A program made the translations under genes and the position numbers. A DNA stretch of 64,000 bases from Lama guanicoe. Taxonomy: Eukaryota. This document shows, one piece after another, positions 1-12,628 of this stretch (the stretch's first letter is position 1; every line of letters starts with the position of its first letter). The stretch lies in contig MU053881.1 of NCBI GenBank assembly GCA_013239625.1, positions 3,660,001 to 3,724,000 of the forward strand, in the 5' to 3' direction. A model generated the notes under the pieces. That model saw nothing but the letters and a program-made list of their open reading frames with translations, had not been told where the DNA came from and did no database searches.

Positions 1-93
1 TTTTTTCTTCCAATACAGAATATGGAAAAATATAGAATAAGACAAGGAAACTTTATTATTCATTTAAAACCACCCCTCAGAAATGACTGATGA

Positions 94-245
94 TGGGGAA
101 TGGTATAGCTCAGTGACAGAGCACATGCTTAGCATGCATGAGGTCCTGGGTTCAATCCCCAGTGCCTCCATTAAGAAGAAAGAAAGAAATAAACCGAATC
201 CCTCCCACACCCCCCAAAGAAAAACAAAACAAAACAAAACAAAAC
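94..245 (+). mobile_element. tRNA-derived SINE (camelid Vic-1-like)
   Basis: A box (tagctcagtgac), B box (ggttcaatcc), (CAAAA)n tail; TSD aaatgactgat at 81-91 and 246-256. Confidence 0.9.
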
Positions 246-1051
246 AAATGACTGATTGCAAAGAATTAAAACTCAGGCTACTTGTAAAACAGGAAGCAGA
301 AAAGGAATCAGAAAAGGATCAGAAACTGTGTCAGGAACTCAGAAAGATCTGGTTCCTCTCTCTCTGAATCTGGAGCCCATTATGTCTGAAATCTCCAATG
401 CCAAGGGCGTTAGCTCATTACTTTTGCCCCTGGTGGCAGGGCCCATGGGCTTGGCCCTCTCAGGTCTCAAATGATTTTCCCATCATGCCCCTGAGCAGCT
501 CCACCTCCCTTCTGCTGGCAAAAGGATCTGGGGAAAGTCACTGTGTGCAGAGAGCTTAGGAAGGCAGGATGGTACGAAGCATTAACAGACAAAATGCAGC
601 ACATACATTATGGTCAAAACTGGAGAGAAAAGCATGTTTTCTTCGATTCAAAAGCATTCCTTGAGGATGGGAGGTCCCGGACCACATAGAATCTTAATGT
701 CACAACCACAGCCTTCTCTGTTTTCATCTCTCCTGCACCATCGTGGGAAATCATCCCAGACATTCAGAAATGCATTTTAATAGGACCCAAGCTCTGTGGC
801 TGTCACTTCATTCAGTACAAGGTGCATTATTTACTCAGCAATGAGATCATGAAAACCTAAATCTCCTTTTTTAATTTTTGAGTTTTTTTAACTAAATCTC
901 ATATTTACTGCATCAACAGGAATCTTTATTCTTTACAGCCAATAATTGATCCTATTTTAGAAAGAAAAAAACTTTTGGGTTTTGAGAGGCCAGTGTTCTG
1001 AAAGTTCATAGATCCCTGTAGCTCTTTTGTTTAAGTGAAAATACCACATTC

Positions 1052-1070
1052 CAGCCACCAGGGGGCGGCC
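1052..1070 (+). promoter_or_regulatory. Candidate CTCF site
   Basis: cagCCACCAGGGGGCGgcc is a near-perfect match to the CTCF core consensus. Confidence 0.7.
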
Positions 1071-1554
1071 AATTCCCTAATGGGGCAAAGACTATGAAAC
1101 CCTTTGACATTTTCACAATTTGGGGAAATGGTGATATGCTTTGCTTTTCTGGTTTTTCAATCTTTATGGAATTTGACCATGTTAGTTTTACAATTTCAAT
1201 AAGGGTTCACTAAAAATTAAAAATATATTCCTTGAGCACCTGCTACAAGCCAGGCATCATGCTACAGGAGATAAAGAATGATATACATGCAGAATTCAAT
1301 AAAACATGGTCTTTTCCCTGCAGGTATGATCATGGTCAAATGCAGAAAATACACATAAATAAATATGAGGCATTGTGAAATCAATGTGCAGTCTCTGTGT
1401 CATATTAAAATGGGTAGGTAGACATTCTTCAAATTTGAGCAGTACATTTAATGCACAGGCTATGTACCAAATCAGCGTCCAAAGCAGGTGTAGTAGGGAA
1501 GAACAAATGACTCTACATTAGATCTGTTCCTCTAGCTCTAACCCTGCGCTCTGT

Positions 1555-2008
1555 TTCCTGTGCAGAGTCATGTTGGTCCTGCACCTTTTGTAAAAGAATG
1601 TTCCCCATGGCCTGAAATAGACAGGACAGCCCATTTTCAAGGCTCTGATCTTTAAGGGTACAACATTTTCTCATTCATAAAAAGATAAAAGTTGCAGAAT
1701 AGAAAATAACATTTATTTTGTTGGAGGTTTACAGGGACACCGTGACCTGACCCACGTGGACAGCTGCAAGAACAAAGGATTCTGACACCAAGAAGTTTGC
1801 AACAACCAACCACACCCCCTCCCTGTTTTTAGTATAAAAGGAGCCTGAATTCTAACTTGGAGAAGATGGTTCTCTAGGACATCAGTCTGTCATCATCTTG
1901 GTCTGCTGGCTTTCTGAATAAAGTCATTGGGGTCCTTGCCCCAATACCTTGTCTCCTGATTCATCAGCCTGCTGTGCAGCTAGCAGAACGAGTTTGGACT
2001 TGGTGGCA
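1555..2008 (+). mobile_element. Solo ERV LTR (ERV1-like)
   Basis: TATAAAA at 1833-1839, AATAAA at 1917-1922, U5-like end gcagaacgagtttggacttggtggca. The 5' boundary is uncertain. Confidence 0.7.
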
Positions 2009-2237
2009 CAGGCACAACTGACGGCAGAAGGACCACATGCCACAAGGGTATTAAGTGAAAGTTTACATGCTTCGTGGCGGTGCCCCCTGCCCCTTCCCCT
2101 AGTCATCTCTGAGCAAGACCAGCAGCCAGCCTTATCCTTACCTCTCCCCTCATCCCCGAGGCACATAACTGTAGAATTCCTCTCTGGAATTCTGTATCAG
2201 GGAGGTTTCTGCCGCAATTAGACTATGTGATAGCCCC

Positions 2238-2604
2238 TGTCTTAGTATGTTCAGGCTGCTATAACCGGAATGCCACAGACTCAGTGACTTACGAACAATA
2301 GAAATTTATTTCTCACAGTTCTGGAGGGTGAGAAGTCCAAGATCAAGGGACCAGCAGATTTGGTGTCTGATGAGAACTCACTTCCTGGTTCATCGACAGC
2401 CATCTTCTCCCTGTGTCCTCACATGGTAGAAGAGATGAGAGAGCTCCCCGGGGTCCCTTTTATAAGGGCACTAATCCCATTCAAGAGGGCTCCACCCTCC
2501 TGACCTAATCATCCGGCAAAGCTCCCACTTCCCAATACCATCACACTGGGGGTTAAGTTTCAATGTATGAATTTTGAGGTGACACATACATTCAGTCTAT
2601 AGAA
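2238..2604 (-). mobile_element. MaLR LTR (MLT1A-like)
   Basis: tgtcttagt..gctgctataa..aaatttatttctcacagttctggag..cattcagtctatag; 5-bp TSD gcccc/acccc. Confidence 0.85.
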
Positions 2605-3936
2605 ACCCCCAAATCTCACCAGCTGACAACTACAATCATTTATTTTTCATGCTCCTAGGTCTGCAGGTTGACCGGGGTTCAGCTCATCTCAACTGGGCTC
2701 CCTAAGGCTCCAGATGGCCAGATGGATGGATGCTTTCTCCCTCGATCTGGAGCTAGTGGCCACTGGACTCATGTTCTTCTTGTGGTGGATGGCAGAGGAC
2801 AAGAGGGCAAAGCTGAGCACACACACAAGCACATTTAAAGCCTCTGCTCCAATCACATTTGCTCACATTCCTTTGTCCAAAGCGTCTCCTGGCCGGTGCA
2901 GCTTCCAAAGGGCAGGGAAGTACACTTCTCCCAAAGAGGGTAGCCAGGGCCAAGAGGGAGTAAAAATATACGGACAGATAGAACGATATACCAGACAGCA
3001 GAAGAGAGAAGGCACGTGAATGCTGACAGGCTCCTCCAATGAAGCCGCTCACTCAATCACACTAGACTGAATGTTGCTCTCAAGACCCTTTAACAGTCTT
3101 AAAAATTATTGGACTCCAAAGAGACTGTTTATGTGGGTTATGCCCATCAATATTTAAAACTTAAAACAAGAAATGGTCGTAAGTATTTATGAATCCACTT
3201 TAAATAATAATTAAAAACTCATGATGTGTACACATATTTTTACTCAAAGTGACTATTTTCTTTTTCCAAAACAGGCAAAAATTTAATGGAAAGAGTGGCA
3301 TTGGTTTACAAGTTTGCAAATTTCTCTAAAGGTTTGGCTTAATAATAAAGCTGGATTCTTCTATCTGCTTCTGCATCTAATGGGTTATGATGTGTTGTTT
3401 GGATCTGGCCTCAAACAGGTACGTAGTAGGAAAAGAGAGGAGTCTTTTAATAGTCTTTTCAAATAGTTGCAAACATTTCTCTCTGAGATGACATCAAAAG
3501 TGTACAAGTTGCAGTTTCTTAAAGGGTAACAGCAACGTGAAATCTGAAACGATATCATTGAACTCTTCATCCTCTGTTATATTGCATTGGCCCATCTGGC
3601 ACTTTAAACGGACCTTTCACCAACACTGGGTTTTGTGTTGGTTCACTGAGTCATGCAGACCTTCTGACATGTTGACACATTTCATTATGCAATATCAGAA
3701 CAGCACATTCGCTAATATCACAGCTGATCTCATCGGAAAAGCGTTAAGTATTGGGAAGGCCGTGAGCTCACACTGACAGATACAAGTTGCTAAAATTTTA
3801 CATTTTATTTAAACCTGAAATTTTATCATTGGCAAAAAAAATACTCTCTTGAAGCGACAAGCTTGCTTCATTTGCTTTTGAGGTATCTGCCAAATACCCA
3901 AGCATGAATAACCGTAGTTTGGCTGCCAGTCAGCCA

Positions 3937-3957
3937 GCTTGCTTGCTTGCTTGCTTG

Positions 3958-4011
<54 letters not shown>

Positions 4012-4250
4012 CTCTCTCTCTCTTTCTTTCTCTCTTTCTTTCTCTCTTTCTTTCTCTCTTTCTTTCCTTTCTTTCCTTTCTTTCTTTTCTTTCTTTCTCT
4101 CTTTCTCTCCTTCTCTCTCCCTTTCTCTCTCTCTCTCCCTCCCTCTCACTTTCTTTCTTTTCTTTCTTTCTCTCTTTCTTCCTTCTCTCTCCCTTTCTCT
4201 CTCTCTCTCCCTCCCTCTCTTCCTCTCTCCCTTCCTTCCTTCCTTCCTTT
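3937..4250. repeat. Compound polypyrimidine microsatellite (GCTT)n(CTTT)n(CT)n
   Basis: Directly visible. It includes a ~40-bp unit duplicated at ~4108-4147 and ~4180-4219. Confidence 0.97.
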
Positions 4251-4405
4251 CTACAGTTTCATGAAAAAAAAAAAGGCCGCTAGCTCAGCTTGCAAGTCCA
4301 CTGCTAAAGTGCTTTCCTTGAGACAACCAACGTGCTTTGTATGCAGCTAAAGTGCTTTATACACACTTCCCATGGTCACCCAGAATCTTTAAAAGATGTG
4401 TACTC

Positions 4406-4502
4406 CGCTTAGAATGACATTCTCCAGGAGCATCCATGTTGAACACTGGAATTTGACACAACATTGTAAAATGATTATAAATCAATAAAAAATGTTAAAA
4501 AA
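4406..4502 (+). mobile_element. Very short 5'-inverted L1 insertion
   Basis: Perfect 15-bp TSD aaaagatgtgtactc (4391-4405, 4503-4517); L1 3' terminus followed by an A tail. Confidence 0.85.
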
Positions 4503-4687
4503 AAAAGATGTGTACTCGATGGTCGAGATTTAATAAAATCAGTACTTTTTTCTGCTTCCTGAAAGACATTCTTAAGTGAAACGGGCACTTTATTTTTATT
4601 CTGAGTGCATGGCAGTAAGGAATTCAAAAATCGTTAGGATGGTATGGTGTCACTGGCTTGACCTGCTCCCACTGTATTTTTATCCGC

Positions 4688-4900
4688 TGTATTTGTCTGG
4701 GCTCTCCAGAGAAGCAAAACCAACAGACGAGCACATAGAGAGTACAAGATTTATTATAGGGAATTGGCTTGCATGGCTACGGAGGCTGGTGAGTCCAAAA
4801 TTGGACTGCAGGCTGACCCTGAGAACCCATGTTCTAGTTCAAGGCGGTCTGCTATGGCTGCAGGTGAAGCCCAGAGGGCCTGGCAGGGTCCCAGAAGAAT
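4688..4900 (-). mobile_element. ERVL LTR fragment (MLT2-like)
   Basis: tgtatttgtctgggctctccagagaa..gatttattatagggaattggct..ggaggctg. Confidence 0.65.
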
Positions 4901-5020
4901 AGCTGAAGAAGAGCCACACCAGAAGCACCTCACCGTGAAATGTTAGAAAAGCAGAGATTGTAAAAGCTCCCAGAGAGCGTGGTGACAAGACGAGGCAACA
5001 CATCACATTAAAATATTCAG

Positions 5021-5160
5021 GGGGGATGGTCTAGCCCAAGTGGTAGAGCGCATGCTTAGCATGCATGAGGTCCTGGGTTCAATCCCCAGTACCTCCTCTA
5101 AGAATAAATAAATAAGTAAGCTTAATTACCTCCCCCAACCAAAAAATAAAAAAAAAACTT
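5021..5160 (+). mobile_element. tRNA-derived SINE (Vic-1-like)
   Basis: gtggtagagcgcatgcttagcatgcatgaggtcctgggttcaatcccc; TSD aaatattcag/aaataatcag. Confidence 0.9.
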
Positions 5161-6657
5161 AAATAATCAGAGCTACACTTCAGTAAAAATAAATTGATTA
5201 ATTAAATTAAAAGCATAGAGGTAATATAACGCACACAAACTGTACACTTACTTTGATCTCAGTTTTGATTTATAGAAATATACACATACATATATGTATA
5301 TATACATATAATATATGTGTGTATTTTAGGATCTAATAAAGCTGAGAATTGTTTGGAAAAGGAAACAAAAAACAAAAAAAACCTCACATGGACCCTGAAA
5401 CTAGCAATGAAGGCCACATTCACTGTGTCCTCTGAGTGCCCAGCAGGACCAGGGAGGGGAGGGTCTGATCAGTGGGTTTGGTGACTGCAGTTTGGTACGA
5501 ACAGAGCTACTTAATTGCAGAGACACTTAAATGAGTGTTTTTATATGAGGAACACAAGCATATAACCTTTTCTAGGTCCTCCGGGGCACCTTGAGAGAGT
5601 GTTTTGATGTCTTCAGGTCATGTTCCTTCTGCTTTGTTCTAAGTTATTCCCTCTTGTCACATGAAACTGGAACACAGCACAGCCAGAGGCATCAAACAAG
5701 AGCCTGCACACAGGTCCGCATTCATGTCTTTACTTCCTCTCAGCCAACGGTGTGGCTGCGTTTCCCGGTGACTACCGTTCCCCTCCACATACATTTTTCC
5801 CAGAAGATTTCGTGAAGAACCCTGCTTTTCAAAACATATGCGGGCCTGGGAGCTGTCTGAGTGGAAGGAGATGGTATTTATCCCCAGCCAACGATCTCTG
5901 TCTGCTTTGCTTTCACAGAGCCACCTCTCCTTGCTTTCACAAGGATGCCTGAGTTTTCCAACGATGTCAAGAAAACTTAGCTTCATCTAACCCACAATTA
6001 TAGAGGCATGAGATCAGCCACTCCCCATAAAGGGCGTTAGAGTAACTTTCCTTGGTCAAAACTTGTCTTTGGTTAAGACCAAGTAATAACAAAGACAGTG
6101 ATACTAATGGCAACAGTGATGACAACACTAATGGTTAATGGTTATATGTGTTGAATACCTACAATGTGTCCTTCCAGCTGCATACAACTCCTTCCAGCTG
6201 CAAAATTACTTTGCAGCGTGGGAGTGACTACCCTGCAATCTACAGACAGACACATCGAAACTCGGAGAGGGGACCTGGCTGGTCCAACATTAGACAGCTA
6301 AGATGTGGCAGTGCCAGGATTTAGATCCACACCCTGCAAACTAGTTGATCGGACTCTGCTTATGTCTCTCCAGCCGTTTCTTCCCAGCTGGATTCATACC
6401 GGAAGTTGAAAGGAATTCCTGGCTCAGCTTCAAATTCACTAAGGAGGCCCCTGGGTGTAGCCCTTCCGTCTCTGGGCTTCAGCGGGCTCCAGCAATAGAG
6501 GGAGAGCTGGAAGGACGTCCCTTAACCTCTGTCCCTGCTGGGCTCATGCAGGGGTTTAGAAACTTGGGCACTGCAATGCATCTGTTAAGGGTCTTTGTGT
6601 TGTCATATTAATTCTTACCAACATCAGACTTCCGTGGCTAAATCCAGAGTGGAAAAA

Positions 6658-6660
<3 letters not shown>

Positions 6661-6700
<40 letters not shown>
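6661..6700. repeat. (AAT)n microsatellite adjoining a MIR remnant
   Basis: About 13 perfect AAT units. Confidence 0.95.
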
Positions 6701-6701
<1 letters not shown>

Positions 6702-7344
6702 AGTTTGGTGCCATGGCTATTAAGGGTTCAGGCTCTGAACTACACAGCCCTGGGTTCCAATCTTAGCCTTTCTACCTGCATCAGTAATCTCAGGGACGCA
6801 ACTCAGTCTCTCTGAGCCTCCATTTCTCTCTGTAGGTTGTGGATAAAAATACTAGCCACATTCAAGTTCAATGAAATGACTTCTATCAAGCCACTGGCAC
6901 ATAACCAGTGCTTATACTACAGTTTTATTTTTTCCTTCGTGTGGTCCATCACTATTCTTGGAACTGTCTTGGTGGAATAGGGACAAATCTCATCCCGTCC
7001 CTGCTGGGCTTGAAATACTCAGTGGTTCCCTTGATGGGGCACAGTCCTGAATCCTGGATAGGAAATCAAAGCCATTCCTGACCCAGCCCCACCCCCACCA
7101 CACCTTCACTCCCTCCCAGTGTGGTCAGCACCCATCTCTCTCCCTCCCTCCACTCATCACTGCTACCCCACTTCCGGGCCATCAGCACATGCAGTTTGGG
7201 GCCAGAATGTCCCTCTCTGCACCCCTGAAAGCCTGGTTCACCTCATCTTACTTGGATCAGAAAGTCTCCTCTACACAAGAAAAGTCTCACACACTAGCTA
7301 GGAGGACTTCCAAAATGTTCGCGTTTTACTGGGAGGATATGCAT

Positions 7345-8230
7345 CATCTTGAGCTGAGTTGTGTCCCCTACAAAAAAAAATATATATATACATATATATG
7401 TATTTTTTATATTACATATATATTGAATTTTATATATATATTTTATTTTATATATATATATATATTGAAGTCCTAACCTCCTGTACCTCAGAATGTGTCC
7501 TTATATGGAAGTAGGGTCATTGCAGATGTAATTAGTTAATTTAAGAAGTTGATACTGAAGTAGGGTGGACCCTCCCCCATCCAATATGTCCTTGCTAGAA
7601 GATGGTCACGTAAAGACACAGACTCAGGAGGGGACAACGCCATGTGACAACGAAGGCAGAGATTGGAGTTCACATAAATGCAAGTCAAGGGATGCCAAAG
7701 ACCGGCGGCAAAGCATCCGAAGCTGGAAAAGGCAAGGGAGGATCCGCCGCAGGTTGTAGGGAGTGTGGCCCTGCCTTTGCCTTGGTTTCAGACTTCTGGC
7801 CTCTACAGCAGTGAGACGGTAGGTTTCTGTGTTTTTATCCACCCAGTTGGCGGCACAGCTGACCCTCTGTATCCGCAGCTTCTGCATCTATGGATTCAAC
7901 CAATGGTGTATTGAACTTTTTTTTTTAATTCCAGAAAGTTCCAAAAAGCAAAACTTGAATTTTCAGCCCACCAGCAACTCTTTACATAGCACTTAACATT
8001 GTATTTGCAACTATGAATATAGCACTTACATTGTATTAGACATTGTAAGTAATCTAGAGATGATTTAAAGTATACCATTGCACAGGACATGTGCAAATAC
8101 TACACCATTTTATACAAGGGGCTTGAGCATCCTCAGATTTTGGTATCTGCAGGGGTCCTGGAACCAGTCCCCTGTGGATGCTGATGGACAATGGTACTTT
8201 GTTACAGCAGCCCCAGGGGACAAACACATA
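7345..8230 (+). mobile_element. MaLR LTR (MLT1B/C-like) containing a (TA)n tract and a nested MER2
   Basis: gaagtcctaacc..acctcagaatgtg..cagatgtaattagttaa; the LTR end tactttgttacagcagccc resumes after the MER2. Confidence 0.8.
7856..8193. mobile_element. MER2 (Tigger-family MITE)
   Basis: Degenerate terminal inverted repeats cagctgaccctctgtatccgc / gtggatgctgatggacaatg; internal MER2-like motifs. Confidence 0.8.
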
Positions 8231-8592
8231 CACCAACTTCCTTTTCCACTGACTCTTCTAATCATTCACTCCATGCCTTCTGCATTTTTTGCAACTAAAA
8301 TATGTCAGTTATCTGTGTTCAAAAGTATATAGAGCTGATTATTTTAAAGTTCACATAATACAGATTTATATAGAATAAAAATCAATGCTGTCCTGTAATC
8401 TAACCTGCCATTGGCCAAGACCCAAGACGGGGCTTTCATTTAGCAAATGTCACCGTATCTCATCTCACAACAGACCCTGAGGCAGGCACCCCTGTTCTCT
8501 TCACTTCCTGGAAGAGTCTGTCTTCTGCCATTTGCCAGGTGTATATTTTCTCAAGGGTTTTCAAGTTGGGGGCTAGACTCAATTGCTTAGGA

Positions 8593-9098
8593 ATATCAGT
8601 TATCTATTGTGCATAACAAATCCCCACAAATTTCAGAGTGTTAAGCAATACACGTGACAATCTGTTTCTGCGAATCGGGGACCCGGGCGCACACAAGCTG
8701 GGTCCTCCAGCTCTGGTGTCTCACTAGGCTGCGAGACCCCAGGGGACCTGGGCTGCGGTCCTCGCAAAGCCCAGCTGGGAGTGGATTCAGTTTCAGGTTT
8801 GGGGTGGCCATGGGGCTCTCGGCTTCCTTGGTGCCTGGCTGCATGAGCCTCTCCACATGACAGCTGGCTTCATCAGAGCACACGCTCAGGAGGGCAAGAG
8901 AGAGCCCCAGCGTGACAGACGACACATTCTTTTTGTAACTTACACTTAGAAGTGCCATCATCGTTTTTGCTGCATTCTGTTGGTTAGAAACAAGTCACTG
9001 AGTCCAGTTCACACTCAAGGGGAAGGAAATACACAGTTTGTAAACACCAGGATGCAGTCACCACCACTGGGGATCATTTTAGAAGGCTTCTGGCCACA
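8593..9098 (-). mobile_element. MaLR LTR (older MLT1 subfamily)
   Basis: tcagttatctattg.gcataacaaa..cctctccacatg.cagctggctt..cattctgttggttagaa. Confidence 0.7.
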
Positions 9099-9187
9099 CT
9101 TGGGGCAACCGAGATGAAACTGAGCTCAGCTGCCAGCAGATCAGTCAACCCTCTTCTCTAGTTCACAGGAAAAAAAATATGGATGTT

Positions 9188-9373
9188 CATGTGTGTGTGT
9201 ACATATGTGTGCACATATATGTATATATACATTCACATATACTGTGAATATATTTGTGTATAAATATATACATATACATATATGCCTGTGTGTATAAAGA
9301 TGTGATGTATGTGTGATATATACATACATATATATACATGTGTGTTTGTATACCGTACATGTGAGTGTGTGTG
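9188..9373. repeat. Degenerate (TG)n/(TA)n microsatellite
   Basis: Directly visible. Confidence 0.9.
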
Positions 9374-11799
9374 TAATTTTTTAATAGGATGTACTTTGAG
9401 GGAATACCGAATTATAGCCTGGATATGAAGGAAGGGATTGTCCATAGGAATGGGAGATGTCCAGAACCGTATTTGAGGACACTGTACCCTGAATGTTGAT
9501 CTGAGCACTTTGCTTTCCGGGGTCAGTTTCCAGGAAGGCAACAACGCTGGGGAAGGAGGGTAAGTGTGTGAAAGCTGAGCTGGGAGCTGAACAGGGGCTC
9601 GAGGGGCAGGGGGCAGGGAGGAAAGACCGAGCACACCGGAGCTGGAAATTCCTTCCAGACTTAATAATCCCGGGCATCATTAGTAACAAAAGCAAGACTT
9701 CAGAACATATGTTTTGTGTTGACAGCGGGCCCTTAATTAAAACAGCCCCGGTGAAGAACAGCCTGATTAAAAGAAAAGTGGTGCTTAAAGAACAATTTGA
9801 CTGTCGATTGACATGGGTTGGCAGAGGGCGGGCGCTCCCCCTCTGGTTCTGCAGGCAGCCCTCCGAGGGGCCTGTGTTCCCCTCCCTGTGTGCCGGGCGC
9901 TTCACAGCCCTTGTCTCCTTGACTCCTCAAAATCAATTTCATTTCCACGTGAGGGACTTGAGAGCTGAGCCAGAGGCGCGGGCTGATTTGCTGGAGGTGC
10001 CCAGCTAGCTGGCGTGGTCAGAGCTGTAAATTCAGGGGGGCTCCTCTGGCACGGGGCTCAGTCGTGCACAACTCTGGTCGTTCTAATGAATCAGGATGTC
10101 TTGTCAGTTATAAAAACCATATGCCTCCTCTACGCATTCCTTCTTGGAGAACCAGTGGTTTTAGGTACCTTCGGGTGGCTTGAGGGCACAGCCAGCCTAA
10201 CGTCCCCACTCCATCCGCAGTCTGGGAGACCCTGGGGCAGGGCTGAGATGCTCTGTGTGGTTGTCTGCCGGCGTTTCCAGGAAGGACAGAGAGGTTGGTG
10301 CCGGGCCCGGGCACAAGGAAGCCTGGTCCACGAGACAGCGGGAGTCCCCTTTGGACTTGATGAAAGAAACCGCCTCCTGGGAAAATTAAGTCCTTTTTTG
10401 AGGAAATGAGGTTGTCTCAGAAACAAACTCATTCTCATGGTGGTTTGGGGGGTGGAGGTTTTAGGGGAAGGGCAGACGATCTGAGTCCATAGGACACTGC
10501 TGCAGCTTCACTTCTGGGGTCCCCCAGAGAAGCACACACACTGGGAAGCTCTGTACCCCAACCAAACACCTAACTCTTTGTTTATATCATGGACTGAGTG
10601 AGCACTACCTGCCAGGGACGTCACTTGTCATATCGCTTCATCCTCCCGGGAACCCTATGAGGTGAGACTACATTAGCCCCACCTCAACACTACCCTTTAT
10701 AGGTGTGTTCAGGACAAAGACAACATTTAACTTTAGTGAAAAAAAAAGAATTTATTACTGCAAATGATCAATTTTCATAAGTGAAGCAAAAACCAGGTCA
10801 GAATCTGAGAGGGTCGTCTAGCTGTCAATCACTTCCATGGATGGTTGGGACGGTCCTCTCATTGGTCTCTCTAGAAATGTCTCCTTCTCGTGGGGAATCT
10901 GACAGCCTCCCTGTTAGCTCCCCCTGACTTTGCACTCTCACCCCTGGCTGCAGCCGACAGTTTCTAAGGTGGTCATCTGATGCAGCTGGGCCAATGAACG
11001 CCTCCCCGGGGATTTGAGCTTGTGATCAGATCACCTGCCAGTCACTCTCCGGCGGCTGAAGCTGTGGCCATTAAAAAACTCAGACCACGTCACCATGCAC
11101 CCTACCTCAGGCAGGCCAGTCTGGAGTAAGAGATAATAAAGCTGTCTACAGAGAAAAGCCAAGAAATGAGGCAGAAACGGTGTTCTTTGGAACATTCCAT
11201 GCCCTGGTTCATGACAGTTCCTAAATCAGTTGAGTTGCTGCCCTTCCTGAAGTTTGTTTTTTTTTTTTTTTGTCCCTTCCCTGGATTCATGGACCAGTGA
11301 AGTCTTCTTTTCACTTAATTATTGGGTTTCTGACCAAGAGTCCTAACCAACACACATATATATAAGAGGGATTTCCTTTGGAGGCAGATCCAGTCCCACT
11401 GAAAGATTGGGTGCCCCACTGGGGAGAGAGAACAGCCCCTCAGCTCCGGTGTGACCATGCAGGGGACAACCTAAGATCTAGGACAGAGAGCAAGAACCAC
11501 CATGAAGACCGGACTTCATTATGGCCACCATGGTGTCCAGCAAGACGATCCCTATGCTCTAGTCAATTCAAGCTTGGTTAGAATACCAAACCCCACAAAG
11601 CATGGCCATCTTTCAGGCACAAGTCTGAGGAAATTCAAGGAGCAAGGTAAACTGTTTAATCCCGATTCTCTCATGAAGCTGAAAGGACTCATCAATTCAG
11701 CGAGGGAGATCCAGCCCAGCAGTGGGGTGACAGTAGCTGGGAACGCAGGCTCGGGGTAGACAGCCTGTTGCTGGATCCTGGAACCACCACTTGTTTGTT

Positions 11800-11986
11800 C
11801 CAGAGGCTGAGGCTATGCAGGAAAACCGGTCTCTGTCACAACTACTCAACTCTGCCACTGCAGAGTGAAAGCAACCACAGAGAACAATGTAAATGAATGG
11901 ATGTGGCCATGTGCCGATAAAACTTTATTTATAAAAACAGGCAGCCTGCCAGATTTGGCCCATGAGCTGCAGTTTCTCAAACCCTG
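11800..11986. mobile_element. MER58A-like hAT MITE
   Basis: ggtctctgtcacaactactcaactctgcc..taaaactttattta.aaaaacaggc..gatttggccc. Confidence 0.8.
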
Positions 11987-12437
11987 GTGTGTAACCTTGT
12001 GAAATCCATAAGCAACCTGCAAAAAATAAAAGCCAAAGTCTGCAAGGAGTATGAGATTATTGTGGCACTTAGAGAATTTATTTTCCTTTAGTATTACAGT
12101 GTTCGTTTTACAATGAGCAAAATGGGTACTGTCTACTAGACGGAACCATGATCTAATAAGATTCCATGGATTGTCATGGGATTTCTACAGGCAGCAGAAT
12201 TGTGGATCCTGGGAACAGCTTTCAATTCCCACTTCCTTTGCTTCAAATTCCAACACTGTAGGGGTCCTCGGGACCTTTCCCACATCATAGCCAGGGCTAT
12301 TTTGTGGGAGGAGGGGACCACATGCCATTCCAGAACCGCTGTCTTAGAATTATGCAGTCCGGACTCCCCCTTTTGTCTGCTGTAACTTGATGATCACAAA
12401 CACACACACACACACACGCACAAAGCACACACTCTAT

Positions 12438-12628
12438 CAGTGGTTCTCAGTCGAGGCCAGGACATTTGCCAATGTTGCAACTGGGAAACTGGGGGCTTGC
12501 CACTGGCATCAAGTAGGTAGAGGCCAGGGATGCTAAAAAACACTCCACCATGCACTGGACAGTCTCCACCACAACAAAGAACTGTCTGGTCCAAAATGTT
12601 AACAGTGCTGAGGTGGCAAAACTCTGCT
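12438..12628. mobile_element. MER20
   Basis: cagtggttctca..ctggcatc.agtaggtagaggccagggatgcta..aaaatgttaacagtgctgagg. Confidence 0.8.

Larger units (their letters stand above)
3065..4665. mobile_element. hAT DNA transposon remnant (Charlie1-like), interrupted by a microsatellite and a short L1 insertion
   Basis: Recalled Charlie1 motifs (ctcaagaccc..cttaaaaattatt; atgaataacc.tagttt; gtcgagatttaataaaat) occur on both sides of the interruptions. Confidence 0.75.

Noticed and set aside
94..170. tRNA-like sequences here and at ~5021, 30256, 40014, 45591 and 52000
   Set aside because: They are SINE heads with A-rich tails, most with clear TSDs, not functional tRNA genes.
3868..4350. F/L/S-rich and K/E/R-rich ORFs
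   Set aside because: They are translations of the CTTT microsatellite.
6169..6202. Short direct duplication tccttccagctgca
   Set aside because: An ordinary local slippage duplication with only two units, so not an array.
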